In this document: positions 11,676 to 25,769 of the stretch, one piece after another
Layout: every line of letters starts with the position of its first letter
How positions within the stretch are numbered: position 1 is the first letter of the stretch
Assembly: GCA_024704765.1 (NCBI GenBank)
Contig: JAKMXF010000299.1
Coordinates: 751,368 to 815,367 of the forward strand
Source: Oopsacas minuta
Taxonomy: Eukaryota > Animalia > Porifera
Direction: 5' to 3'
DNA length: 64,000 bases
The notes under the pieces: generated by a model
The model's input: the letters and a program-made list of their open reading frames with translations, nothing else
The model's database searches: none
Told to the model about the DNA's origin: nothing
Program-made: the position numbers and the translations under genes

Positions 11676-13889
11676 CTCCAAAATTTAGTCGTATTTATGA
11701 CCCAGTAGAATTAAGTTTGATCGTTGAAATCTTGTATTTAATTATCATTTTATATTTTGAAACTGTGGTTTACTTATAATATTCTGAATGCATACAACCT
11801 TGGCTAAAGTACTGAATAAATTAGTAAATTATACTGATCTATTCAATAAAATTATGTTGGAATTCATCAATATTTTAGCTGTTCGTTTACGTGAACATGT
11901 TGATATTATACATACGTAGTCAGAGCTCTGCCGTTGTGTGTAACATTTCGAAGTAGGTGCGACCCCTCCTCATTTAGGTCCAATTTCATTGAAAATTTGG
12001 GATGCTATAGAACAGTGATGGGCAGAAATTTATCTTTCGAGATCAGTGAAATTTCAAGATAACTTGGCGTGCTAAACTTGTATATTTGTAATAACATGAT
12101 AATATCCTTGCTTGCGGCATGATAAGGATTGCTAGATCGAATGTTTTTTGGAATGAATTATCAGGTTAAAATATGTATCTACGTATACTTAAAACGCAAT
12201 TAATCTGGTATATATGTTCATTCTGGATGCTCAACCTGTATGGATACATAACCCGAGTGCGGTTGCGAAACTTGCCGCCTAGTCAGTCCGTTAAGTAACG
12301 GGACGACCGGTTATCCATCTGGACGTCCTGTTACGTTATGGGACGGTTGGTCGCGCATTCGGTCAACCAGTTAACTAACATGATGTGAGAATTTAAATAT
12401 GGATGATCAATTATATACAGAAAGCATAGATATGTAATCCATCATAAGTTCGGTAACTATGGCATTAAGAACTTGCGATCACAGATTTTGATCCAGATTG
12501 TAATCTCTCTTTTGAGAGATCAGAAGGGGAGTCGTCGAACCGTTTAAAAAGCAGCAGCGTGAACTTGATCGGCTAAACAGGACCAATTAAAATATACGTT
12601 ACTATTTTTTGAAATGATTTGCAGCCCATGTATGAAAATAAGTTCTTGTACATAACGTATATTCCAGAGATGGAACCGGTCAGGACAGACCGGACGGTCG
12701 AGTTTTAACTGGCAGGCCGAGTTGGGCTGGCTGATTTTGTGTAACCGCTGAATGAGTTAGAAGTCAAATTGTGTTACTATAATTCTAGATATTTTTGAAC
12801 CCTAATGAATTTATGAGAGTTTCCTACACGAATTTTTGTACTAGTTGTGTCGTTTGAATGACCGGACCGGTTCCAGAAATGGAACTGGCTGGGCCGGGCC
12901 GGGTCGGGTTGGGTACTGGTTTGAATCTTGACCAGTCGGCCGATATCTCCATATGATCTTTCAATATGGTTTATGGCCGTAATATATAATAAATACCTTC
13001 ATTAGGGCTGAAGTCGGTAAACCAGTTAACCGCTATGAGAAATATATTCGGTTAGCCGAATAGTGTCATTTTAACCATTATGTTCACAGTGTTCCTAAGG
13101 TTTGAGAGGTACGAAATTATATATACACGAATTCCGCTAGTTAGGTATTTATGAGAAGTTGATTTTTAGATCCATATTCCTAAATTTCAATAGTTTTTGT
13201 AAGTTACAATCATATCAAGAATGCATATGTAAGGCTATGTATATTAATTACTTGTATCTCATCTGGAATTTCTTCGGAAACTGGCACGGCGGGCGGTATT
13301 TTATTTATTTTTTATAGGCCAGTTAATATATAAAATATTTCACTCTTAGATTATCTCGCCATTTCTCTGGACACTAAACATACTGAACTTTTCAACTGTA
13401 CAACTAATAAAATGTGGATTGCACACTCCGTGGCCAAAGAATTATCCATACATTTGGAAAACATGTAAAGAAATCTTTCCGGACAGGGGATGGAATTTGG
13501 TGCGGCGGGGATGAGAAACAATTATATTACTTTACATGGCCTAATGATATGTATTGATATTTTCAAATTTAGTTAACAAACTTCGTTGTTTAGATTAAGG
13601 AAAATTGTAACGGTTAACCGCTATTTTTCGAAAAGGTTTTAACAACCCACATAAGTTCTACCTGGATACATATTAATACGTAATGTATGTTTAAGTTATT
13701 GATCTTCTGTTTTTCAATAAATTGATGAATACCTTTCACACATTCTAAAGGTCTTTGCCATATACGTTGTTGATGGCTTCCAAGGAGTTCAGCAATTTTG
13801 ATACATCAAAATCTAAGATAATCAAACTTTAACCCTCATCAAATATTTGTCTATATGATTCACTTTATATCTTTGCGTTTTTAAATATA

Positions 13890-14063
13890 CAGTAGAGTCT
13901 CGTTGATACGTACACCAGGGAACTGGGAAAAATTCCTACTCCTTATCCGGAGTAGGTATTATCCAAACAAATATACATTGAAAAGACATCAAAAGGGACT
14001 GATAAGTTTATTCCTTACCCGGAGTTACGTCTTAACCGTGTTCGTGTTAAGGGGATTCTACTG
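13890..14063. mobile_element. pogo/Tigger-like MITE (similar ends near 8620 and 20715)
   Basis: TA-CAGTAGAGTCTC ... GGGATTCTACTG-TA. Confidence 0.75.
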
Positions 14064-16149
14064 TACATGCACAAATATACTATACAGTGTAACAGTGACC
14101 CAACATTGGCCAGACTACTGGCCCACGTACGGGGGCGCATGAGTGGGGGAGGTGGCGCAAGTATGTGGAATGTGGTGGCGGCTTAACCTGGCCCAAAGAT
14201 GTTAGCATGATTTTTGTTTGTTTTTGTTCAACAATAGACTCCTTTAAATGAGGACTGTAGGCGCTTGAACTCGGTCATGAAACTTGGGTCCATTAGAATA
14301 AATTTGAAGTTCTATATTTCAAAGTACCACGTTTTTGTCCGAATACATGTATTACATAGTTATAAATATATTTCATCAATCACAAAATGGAATAATTTTG
14401 ACGAAACGTGTGAAATTTCTGCTTAGCAGCATTTTTGGGCATAGATGTGTCCATCTTTGATACACCGTAGAACGCTAAATACTACAAATATGATTTCAGA
14501 ATTCATACTCTATGATCTATTGATATTTTTATACAAAATATTCAATTTAAAACTCTATATTAATACATTGGGCTATTTAACACCCTATCAAATTATTGCT
14601 TCCGACGCCGCGCTACCGTGGCACTTGGGCCAAGTGTCCCAGGAGTTCTTTTAAACTGGACGCTTGATCCACTCTGTACACACCACATAATGGTAATGTT
14701 GCCACATATTTTTCACTATTATTGCGTCTGCGCATCTGGAGTTGCCTAATTCCTATCTTATCATTCATATAATCACAAAAGTTCAGTGGAAACCGCCTAT
14801 TAGCAATTCTTACTTTGCAAGAATTCTCCTTGCTAAAACTTGAATTTTTCTATATGCACACTTATACCATGCAAAATTGGATTTTACGCAAGTCCTTGAA
14901 ATATGTTGCTAATAAGCGAATTTTGCTATTAGACGAGTAGCTAATAGGCTGATTCCACTATATTTGTTTTATTAGTTCTATAATACGGGTGACCATTAGT
15001 CCTTTATTTCAAAGTGCATTCCGTTTATTTCTGCCTGTTCTTTTGTCTTGTTTTCCCTTATTAAATCGAGGATGTCTAATCCGAGTTATATTGTATATTA
15101 TAAATAATTATTTGCAGAGAATTTCAGACAAGTCTGAGCTCAAAAATGTTTCTCTGACTCGTGATTAATAATTTATTTAATTTGACTGAAGTTCGTCACG
15201 ATTTGGTCCATTATCCAATTTGGTTGATATTATCACTACGTTTTCTATAACATCCCTATGGGTATTTGTATCTATGCAGGCCGGCTCAACTAGGGCTGCG
15301 ATCCCTGTATTTGGCCCCGGAAAAAGTGCTCCCAAATAATAGGTCCCCACATAAACTGTCTGAAAACCTTCAAATTTTAGAGAAGGTTAGACAATGAAGT
15401 CCTAACAAGTGTTGTCAGCTCCAACACTCCAATGACAATAATCCGAAAAGGAAATATATGATATTCTAATTTTATTAAGTTATACTCATCTGAAATTTTG
15501 GTTGCGACTACTCTGTTCAAGCTATTTCTTCATTTCATTTAGATTTTTCCCATCATAGCCTATTTTTGATTTGGGCAGCAATTTCCATCAAACTGAGAGG
15601 GCTAGGTTCTCTCACTTTGAAAAAGAGGATGACATAGCCGGAGCTTCTCTTTGTTTTGGCAACGCAGCAAAATGCGGTCTAAAAGGCCTAAATTAGCTGC
15701 ATCACGACACAGAAATATTCACAATTACTCTACTATAACCTATTACAGCAGAAGTTTTACGTTGGCAATGAAACGAAACTCAAAAATTTTACCACTTCGT
15801 TTTAACCAATTCCTGCACCATAAACGAGATTTTAGCACCTTTTTGAAGTCTTAAAATGCATGTAGAGTACGAATATAGTCCTAAAATACGTTATTATACT
15901 CATTAATGATGATTTATAAACATCAGGCGACATATTGGTTGAATTTCGGTTCGGTCGACACGTGCCTCCAAGGTACAAACTCCGTGGGATGTCGCCATGG
16001 AGTTGGGCATTGGTGACAAATTGGCAATAAAGTCCCCTGGTATGCTCGTGTCTGGGCATGCCCAGTGCAGCAACCCTGGAGATAGGCTGAAAGGGGGATA
16101 TAACCCCGCGGGATAATACACATGATATAGGTTGATTGTGGAGTTTTTG

Positions 16150-16202
16150 AGCTAAACATTTCAGTGCGTAACCATTATGTTAACGCACTGAAATGTTTAG
16201 CT
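16150..16202. repeat. Hairpin with a perfect 20-bp stem
   Basis: AGCTAAACATTTCAGTGCGT-AACCATTATGTTA-ACGCACTGAAATGTTTAGCT. Confidence 0.9.
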
Positions 16203-17530
16203 ACACCGTAGACTCCTCAAGAAGAGTTACAGGGCCAGCAAGATGGTTGAAGTCAGAGATTATTTGATCTGCCACTGGGGCATACTTCCTGATAAATCCA
16301 AGCAACATAACTTGTCCTTGTTAACCTGTGTTTTCTTTGCATACCTTAATTGATGAATCCTGGCGACGTCTCTGCCGCCGAAATGGGGCCCTAAATAAGG
16401 CAATTACATTGGCTCCAAAATAATCCAGCCAGCAATGCATCTATATGACAATATTTGTTACAATACGGTCATTTCATATATTTCCTTAATAGAATGCCTC
16501 TATGAACAAGGCCAAATATTGATTGCTGTACTAGTCATTGTATAAACTATAAATATATGTATTTATCACTCAGTGTCATTATTTTTAAGAATGAGAAGAT
16601 GCCCTGTCTATAATTAATTAGGCCGGCTAACGTTAAGAAAGTAAAAATAGGTTAATGTTCCTCGAAAAATCGAACTTGTACGAGCCAGGCCAAAAATACC
16701 TCTGCATGCCAAAAATTAGTTCTGTAGATCTTCCAGTTCTTCAATCAATTGCAAACATACAAACAAATTTAAGTTGAAAACAGGGGGTAGCTAGGACACC
16801 AAAGGGGTGCGGCATAGGTGTAACAAAGAAGCGGCAGAAGTTTGGCGATGCAGCACCCCTTAATAGATTTCTATGTAAATTTGCTAGGTCGCTGCACAAC
16901 TTAGTGCTCCAGGTTAGCTTAAGTATTAAACCGGTAAATTTTGTGGTGTTATTGGTCGCTGGGCAACAGAATATACTCGGCAATATGTGCCTCGAATTCA
17001 TAAAATAGTTAAAATTTTAAGATTGTATTATCCATGGACCATCCAAATTATATTCAATGTCCTTCTGTGGTGACACTGGAAATTCTATGTCATTTTTGGT
17101 TAGTAATCTTGGCACTTTGTACTACGGTTATTAAGAAATTATGAAATTTTGATTTTTTGTACAGTTATGATGACATAATAACCCAATGATGAGTTAGCAT
17201 TTGGTCAAAACATGACGTCAGGACATTTGTCACAAAGGGGTACATGTGATTCAAATATCAAACATCTATCATGTATATTTGGCTGAGCGGCGCTCGCCGC
17301 ACCAATCATTGGCAGTTTCTGTTATCGCAGATGGGGAGAGCAGGCCCGGCGGAGCAGGGGCGGCTGTGGCGGCCTCAGCCACCCCCATTTTTTACGTGAA
17401 TCTTTTGGTACATAAAATTACGCGTGCATGTTTCGCGATAATATTTTTGTGATCTTTTGATATAATTCAGTTTTTTTTATATTTGAGTAATATGTTTGGC
17501 ACCGAGTTTAAACTGAAGGATCTTCTATAG

Positions 17531-18572
17531 CAGTGGTTCTCAAACTGGGTCTGCGACCCACCAGGGGGGCGGGAGGAGGTTTTAAGGGGGCTGCGGAACG
17601 GTTATCAAAAGTGATTTACGAAAACTTTTTTACGTAGAGCGTTAAATGCAACAATCATACTATGTTGAGATTAGGTAGAACTTCAATTCATATTTTTTTA
17701 AATAGATTGTACCTTTGCTAATGAGAGAGCTGCATTTGTCCGAATTTTATAGAATGCATCTGTCCGACTGAAATATGCATTGTCCGAATTTTGAAGTATG
17801 CATTGCTTGACAGAAGTAAGCATTGTTATTCATATGATATTTTGTCTCTAATAATTGATAGGTGACATATACTCAAGGTGTCTCCAGTATACCAGAAATA
17901 TGTCGGTTCAGTATTTCAACTCACATTGCTCTCAGGATGGACTATTTCTCGTATAAGTGATTATTCCTGTTGTAAATTGGGAAATGGGATTTTTTCGCAT
18001 TTTTCCTGGGGGAATTGACTTCCCGTCCCAATGTTGTAAATATCGCCCTGATTAAGGAGATTTTCATCACTACAAATCACAGGATAGGATTTACTGTTAT
18101 TAGATTCTAGTATTCTTGTCGTACAAGTTTTGGCTTTCATTCTCACTTAATACTGAGCCAAAGGCTTTTACCTGCTACTAGTTTGTTCCTGTTTCCTTCA
18201 TTCAGGCCTTACATTAGTCGGACAAATAATACTTCAGTCGGCCTGATGTATACTATAAAATTCGGACAATTGCTTGTATCCCTTTCTAATATCGATTATT
18301 ATTTTAGTTATTAATTTGGTATCGTTGAAAAAGAAATTTATGGCCAAACGAAAGCAAGGACAATTGGATACTTACCTAACTAAGAGTAATAGACTCTATA
18401 CAGATTGTCAAGACAATTCGGGTTCGAATGAAGATGAGTTTATTGATAACACTCATATAATACAATAATAATAACAAATTATATTTACTAAAATTCGACC
18501 AAAATGCAGAGGTCCGTGGAATTGTGATGAAGAAATTTGGGGCCGCGGCATAGAAAAATTTGAGAAGTACTG
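17531..18572. mobile_element. Non-autonomous hAT (Charlie-type) element
   Basis: TIRs CAGTGGTTCTCAAA / TTTGAGAAGTACTG. 8-bp TSD TTCTATAG / TTCTATAA. Internal MAKRKQGQLDTYL resembles a hAT transposase N-terminus. Confidence 0.8.
17723..18282. mobile_element. MULE-type MITE nested in the hAT element
   Basis: ~65-bp TIRs with TGTCCGAA subrepeats. Degenerate TSD TTTGCTAAT / TTTCTAAT. Confidence 0.6.
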
Positions 18573-18609
18573 TTCTATAATATATTTACAATTTTGTTAT
18601 AAATTACTA

Positions 18610-19418
18610 CAAGCCTTTGGCTCGTCGCTTCGCGATGAATTCCCCGCATTACGCCACGAGGCATCCATTATTCTCCAAATTGACGACCCCTTTGAGTATT
18701 ATAATATAGATATATTTAACACAATGTAATTCACAAATATTAGTATATGGCACATATATTATTGAAATATTTAGTAAGATCAACTCCCTTTGTAGCCGTT
18801 GAGAGCAAGTATCTAAGTAAATTTTGAGATATTTCTAATTGATTCCTGTATATTCCTAAAAACAACAATATATTTACATATCAACTGACAAACAAACAAA
18901 CAAACAACAATTGAGAGTTAATATTATAGATGTTATTTACAATACCATATTCAGACTCAGCACACTTGATTACCTCAGTATAGCAGTTGAAAGTATGATC
19001 CACCTCAATTTTGAAATTTGTTTACTTTATATTCATAAAATCAACAATAAATTTACATATGAGAAACTTGAAAATGCGAAATTCGGATTCAGGTTACTTA
19101 GTTACTCCTGGTAGCCGTTTTGAGCAAGCATGTACTTATATTTGAGATTTGGATAATTTGTTTACTTTATAGATTCATAAAAACAGCACTAAATTTACAT
19201 ATGATTCATCCAAAAGTGTCAAAATCGGATTCAGCATGTTCGATATATTAGTTAAGTATTATTTGATTTATATTTACTTCCTTGATAAACACGATAATAC
19301 ATAGTTATGTGAAAATTTCAATAATGCATACCGTAAATTCTTTCTTTAACAACGGACAAACAAACAAACAAACAAACAAACAAACAAACAGACAACTATT
19401 GAGACTTTATTATATAGA
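18610..19418 (-). mobile_element. Non-autonomous Helitron, copy 3 (longest, two modules)
   Basis: A|TCTATATAAT 5' end, (TTTG)n, a second internal A|TCTATAATATT start near 18930, GCGAAGC hairpin, end CTTG|T. Confidence 0.8.
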
Positions 19419-19464
19419 TTACAGAATTAGATATATTTATTTGATAACTTACTTTGAACTGCCA

Positions 19465-19663
19465 TAACCTATGCTCAACTTTGATTTGCATTGAGAAAAA
19501 TGTAATCTCTAGGGAGTTGTTGTCGTAATGTATATTTGAGGGGTTCTCGATCCCCTCAAATTAACTTTATTTATTCTGCGATCATTACAATTCAAGGCCA
19601 CCCCTTCTCTCTCGAGCTTCCGTCGGGCCTGAGGAGAGTGATGAATACCGCGCCATTACAATA
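19465..19663 (+). mobile_element. Polypurine tract plus complete 143-bp LTR (19521-19663)
   Basis: TGTCGTAATG ... CATTACAATA terminal inverted repeat, preceded by AGGGAG. Homologous to 1547-1714. Confidence 0.55.
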
Positions 19664-20413
19664 TACCCCACCGCACCAATAATTTCTTGCTTATACACAG
19701 ATTATATTCATTGCGTTTTAATTGTATAGTTTTCTTGAATAACGCAATGTGTTCAAAAATATACACATATAAATGCCAGGTTTCAATGAGTAAATCTGGG
19801 GGGGACAATGTTGCGACCCCTGAATACTATGCTTATTGTCGTACAACAACAAAATTAAACATTTAGTTTTAGGATGTGTTCATACAAAATATAAAATATT
19901 TCATGATAAATATGGCACGTTCTAGAGTTATTATATGTAGTATTACAAGGTTTCATACAGGATTTGCATGCAAGGGGACAATTTGGGATATGTAAATTTT
20001 AAGGGGGGGGTGGGGGGGGCAGGTACTAAATCACATCTCTGCACTTTATCCATCAAGTGAAAACTTATTATTGTGTTTTTATTGTAAAGAAGGTTACTTT
20101 TGTGATACTTGGTTGATCATGAAATTACCTGCTGGATGTGTAGCTAAACAGTGTGTAACCGTGTATAATGGCCACTCAATATAATTTCGGTTAACAGCAC
20201 GTACTCAAACTGTCACTAGAATTTCTGCTTAGCCTTAAACTACTCTTTACGTTTATATTCACTATATTAGCCTCATGGCACATTATTAGGGGATTTTTTG
20301 TTCATCTCATGTAACATGTAGACTGACACAGCCTCTAGCTCTAGTGGCAATGAAGATGATAGGACTGATGTATCTCATCCTAAAGGGATTCAACTTGATT
20401 CAGAAATAAATGT

Positions 20414-20506
20414 GCTGAGAAGAAAGGCAAAAAGAAGTACAATAAACAGTGGGAAAACGTATATGTATGGTTAGAATATAGTGAAGAGGATCAGGGTGCC
20501 TTTCGC
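20414..20506 (+). pseudogene. hAT transposase TTF-type zinc-finger fragment
   Basis: Manual translation KKYNKQWENVYVWLEYSEEDQGAF. Confidence 0.55.
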
Positions 20507-22442
20507 ATAATAAGTTCTTTGGATATATTCAAATTAATACTGGACAGTAAAACTTGGATAAGACTTACTCGGCTTAAGTTAATGCGTACTTTCGGTTGGT
20601 GCGTACTTTTCTCACAAAGGGATCTTCGATTTTGTACAATGGTAAAGGAAAAATATTCGGATAAGACGTATTATTGTTGTTTCCCCAAGGAGTACGTCTT
20701 ATGCGAGTTCTACTGTATTTTGGAGATTCTAAACCCATATATATGACACCCCTCGTTCATTCGGACCCCTAGACCCCTAGAGTATTTATCAAATATTCTA
20801 TGCTTGAATCATGTAGATATACTGATAAATATCATTAATTATGATCAAATTTACACAAACAACACTGTGTGATAAATACAATAATTGTCAGTATAATAAA
20901 TTGGAATTCCTAATAATTTACTATATGAGAAGTTTAAGTTTCAATGTCTCTAAGAATAGATACTGCAACATAAGATGAAAAGCTAATCAAAAGAAAAGTA
21001 ATTTTATTCATGAAACGTCATATAAAGTAAATTAATGATTCCTTGACAGCCAATTGTAAATTCCATATCTTTAGACTAGTATAACGAATTGATGCCAAAA
21101 TAGTATACATCAGTACACAATACTTTGATGAGATCTTTGCGGTAATATTCAGAATAAACACAACACAAAATATTTTTATGTGAAATATTTTAAGAAACAC
21201 AGTATAAATGAAATACCATCTCCACCATAAATGTCTAACTGTGAGGGTTGTAGACAATTTAGCCTCTATGAATTAGTTACTACCCAATAGAGTTAGAATA
21301 ATTTTGTGTGTCCCACTACATCACCTCATCAGTCAAAAATTAGAGAGTTTGGCACATCCGATCTCGTAGTAAACTGTAGTTATATAGGGTGGAAACGAGA
21401 TTAGAAAACATCCAATGTCTGTATTGGTTCCTTAGAATGTTTGATGAGTGGTGGAAGAGAATTTTAGTCTGCAATTATATATTTGGTCCCATAGTTCCAT
21501 TTTCCAAACATGCTCACTCTAAATGACAAATAGAAAGGTAAATTTATACATTAATCGCTTTGCGAATATAATTACTCTTACAAGGCCTTCGAAGTAAGTA
21601 CATGTGATATCAATCAGGATCATATCTTTCTTTTCAACTGTAGTTTCGATATGATAAATTAATGTGACTATCAGTAGAAATCCTGTTCATTATCTTTAAA
21701 TAAATAATTTAAGTTGTTCTTAGCTTTGCGTAACATAACGCTATGACCTGTTATTTGATGTCCATTATAATATTCACCAGTTTAATTCACTTGAATTTTC
21801 GTGACATTTCCAAAAATGACCTTTCAACATTTTACATAGTGTGTATTTGAGGATGATTCATTTAGTCATGAGCATATCGTAATTTCCCTCTGTCTCACTT
21901 TAGACCACATGTTGCGAAACCAATTTGACAACTCAATTTAGATAATATATATTGATACATGTCGTAACAAGCAGTGTTCAATTGGTCAAGTTGACCTAAA
22001 AATTACATGAGCCACCACCCAGTAGAGCTGGTCCGCGTCCGGTTGATTAATATTGTCTGTATAACCAGTCCAAATGTTTTTCTGGCTGAAACCTGCCCAA
22101 CCAGACTGTCTTCTAGCCCATACTTGCCAACTATCCTGTTTTTGGTGGGACGTCCCGATTTTTCGTACATGTGTTCGTTGTGTTGTGGGTGGACCAAATA
22201 TAGCATGATAGCATTAATTCAACTCGTCCTACCCATTGCTATATAATCAGAGTTTTTATTTGTCCTATTTTGTTTTTTATTGTTGCTCATAGGCTAGTTT
22301 GTTCATTCAGTCCTTTTTGTCATTTAGTAAGCCAATGCCTCAATTAATAAGACAAAATACGTAGTAATAGCCATATAGCTACACTCTACAAATGTAAATT
22401 CTTTATCATTTAATTAATGTCCTGTTTTTAACTAATGAGGAG

Positions 22443-24210
22443 ATGGCCACCCTGAATTCCTTAGATCATAATACTTATTATATTGATAGATTTGAATTTG
22501 TTTTTAACACTTTAAAGTATAACACGTCTACTAACAGGACTTTCAGTATCGATGATAGAGATTCTTTAGAAATAGATGATGAAACAAAGTTCACATTTCC
22601 GGATTTGACTCCTGAAGATTATGCCGACTTAAATGTAGAATCTAGTTTTCATCTGGTGATTCTTTCTAAATGGTCACTCTCCAACCACCAGAGTGCATAC
22701 AAAAGAAGACTCTTTAGAAGATGATGATCCGGTTGATCCCTCTAATACTATTACTTCAATGGAACCACTAAATGATTTTGAAATTGTGAGAACTGGGAGT
22801 CAGAGAGGTAGTGCATTGTTAATTGATAGCCGTAGTTACAAGTACACTATTAAATTTAAGGGAAAGCTTTCTACCCGCTGGACTTGTTGTAAAAGGAGCA
22901 AACTATTTACTTGCAAAGCCACTGTTATCCAAACAGGCAGCACATTCAAACCGGGTTTGTTATTTCAATCTATCAATTAGGGTAATATGATTACTGACAA
23001 ACTACTTCACTATTTGTAATCCTTCTAGACACAGAGGCACATACACATCCATCTTTATCAGAACTCTTAACAAGTAGCAACGTTAGAGTAGAGATAAAAG
23101 AAAAGGCTACTTCTCATGTATTCACATCTCCACAAGCTATTACCAATGGTGTATAAATAAATCGATTTGAACCTACTAGACATCCATCGAGTCCTTAACA
23201 CAATCTATAGCTTTAGCCAGATCAGCAAATCACGATCGCCAACGATTCCGCCCAGATATCCTTCAACATTTGATTCGCAATCTCTCACAACCATTTACCA
23301 GCAGGATTCTTAATAAGAGATCTTTTGGCTTTGATTATGGACATATATTTGCAACTGCTCCTATACTTGAACTTTTTGTTCGTGCTAGAGTTTGGCATTT
23401 TGATACTACTTTTAAGTTAGTTTAGAAGCGTTTTAGTCAATTGTTTTCGATTCATGCATTTGTAAAACATGGAACTGCATGTAAATAGGTTCCCCCAGCC
23501 TCCGCTCTTATGTCATAACGCAGAAATAGTGATTATATATTGGTTCAGAATGAAATTCAAAATATTTCACATGCTAATACATCTGTTGCAAAAATGGTGT
23601 TGGATTTTGAAATAAATATGTAGGCCGCTATTCCAGCTGTATTTCCTGATGTGTATTTTATGGGGTGTCCGTTTCATTGGAAGCAGGATATATGGAGAAA
23701 ATACAAGAATTGGGACTTGTGATAGCATACAGGTAATTGATTATTTTCTGTAGTTGATGAATGTAACATTATCGACAGCATATTTATATTTAGACAAGAT
23801 GATTCCCATTGGAAATACATCAAACGACTGATGTCACTGCCATAATTACCAGCTGAACACATTGTAGAAATCTTAAGCTAATTTCATCGTTTCAATGAAC
23901 GTGGAGTTATTATATGATTACTGATATTTAATTATTTTCTCGTTATAATACTGAATTGATTTGGTTTATAGCTTACATTCTTGGTCGATTACGTCAAAAG
24001 GCGAATACACCACAATTAACAGACCTAACTAACTATATTTATCAAAAGTGGAGAATAAACAGCATTTTGGAAAACAATATTCTGGAGTGTATACAATCAG
24101 TTAATTAGGACAAATAATGATGTCGAAGGTTGGTACTCCACTTTGAATCGAGCCGCAGCAAGAAATAATTTGGAATTCTATCAGCTTGTCGGGTTACTCT
24201 CAAGCTAAGT
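22443..24210 (+). pseudogene. Degraded MULE transposase
   Basis: FLYWCH-like SQRGSALLIDSRSYKY...RWTCCKR..TCKATV, then HFDTTFK, MVLDFE, GCPFHWKQDIWRKIQELGL and TNNDVEGW in broken frames. Confidence 0.8.
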
Positions 24211-24526
24211 TGTGTAGTATGCCTTCCAATGAAGACGTATTACGTTTAATACATATTATACGTTCAATCTACTATTTTTGGTGACGTAACTTATATAAGC
24301 ATAAATATTTTGCATCAAAATAGTAGTTCTCGAATTGTTAATGAGAAATCTCAGTATATTTAGCCAAATTATATATTACTTGATAATGATGTGACTTATA
24401 CATTTATGACACTGTCAAAATCTCATATTTCGTGATTAACTTAGAGGTATAATACGTTCAAATACATCACGTATAACGTATTATACGTAATACGTTATAC
24501 GCGTATTATACAACTTTGCTCTAAAG

Positions 24527-25137
24527 CAAGTGTGCTCAAATTGTAGCCCGCGAGACCATTCGCTGTCGCCCGCGGATAATTCGCTTGTTTTCATTATTCA
24601 TATATGTACAGTAGATTGACGTGCTACAAATGTCAGATAAAATTGTTTTTTATAAACACCATATAGAAATAATTATAGATACTCTATAAAGGTATCAATG
24701 TTGCAAGTATGAATACAGTATTTGGTAAATATTGTTTGCATTTACGAAATATAATCAATTGTTAGAGCTTCACGAGTATGACGTAGGATATTGGTATATT
24801 AGTTAAACCAAGCAATATAATCACTCTCATTAGCTCAATTTCGTAGTTTAGGTAGACTTTTCTGCAATGTTATTCTACTATGAACAGTACATGGTATACC
24901 CCAAAGCTAGGTTAGTACTATTGTGTACTTGCTGGAAAACAAGCTGAGTTCAAAAGATACATCAAATGATTCGAATCCATTTAAGAGATTATAATTTAAG
25001 TCAATAACCTGAATATACAAGTAGAATCCATTGTTAATGCAATATGAAGTCAAATAGTATAGCTTGAAAATTGATTAAACTAAAGCCAGAGGCAATCTAT
25101 GATTTGTGGCCCGTAGATTTAAAGTTGAGCACCCCTG
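24527..25137. mobile_element. hAT MITE
   Basis: Perfect 8-bp TSD CTCTAAAG on both sides. TIRs CAAGTGTGCTCAA / TTGAGCACCCCTG. Confidence 0.85.
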
Positions 25138-25769
25138 CTCTAAAGAGATGTAAATTTGCGTCTAATTAATTTGTTCTAGGGCTGAAACAAATATTCTAGT
25201 TTTATTGGATATATTCGTTTTTGCCCTAAAATATTTATTTCGTGTATGTATGTATACAATTGGTTACTATATAATTGTTAATGTTAAATTTAGGCTAAAT
25301 TAGTTAATATACAACTCAGTCTTGTGTATGCTGAAACTTTACGAGACACCAAAGGCTGCGTTATCGATGGTGTCAAGGACTGATACGCCAAGCATGGGAG
25401 GACTATGAGGCAACACTAATGACTTTTATTTACTCAAAGTGAATAATGGACATGGTCATATGATAAGCCCAACAGAATAATACATTATTTCCAGATAGTC
25501 TTTATGCAATATATGTAAAATACTATTAGTCATGAGTATATTCTTCAGTCTTTTTGGTTAAACACATAATCAATATGATTTTTCTTTGTAGTAATTGAAG
25601 TATTCGTCCATTGTTATTTTAGGTTTAAAGTTTAATGGGTGTGCAATTGTCAATTCAAAGAAACCAATTTACTATTCATCGTATTTAGGTAATAAAGAGC
25701 AGTGTTCTGAACCTTCTTTCACCCGCGGATCCCAAAATTCATTAATATCAGCCTAATTTAATACTGATA

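Noticed and set aside
15926-16010. HDV-like or hammerhead ribozyme
   Set aside because: Too few bases between P2 and P1' for P3/L3, and no correctly ordered CTGATGA...GAAA core.
16020-16120. RNase MRP or RNase P RNA suggested by AAAGTCCCC
   Set aside because: No GARAR P8 loop or proper CR-V, and the spacing is too short.
22003-22206. LINE endonuclease fragment (VGKYGL)
   Set aside because: A single short motif with no supporting neighbours.
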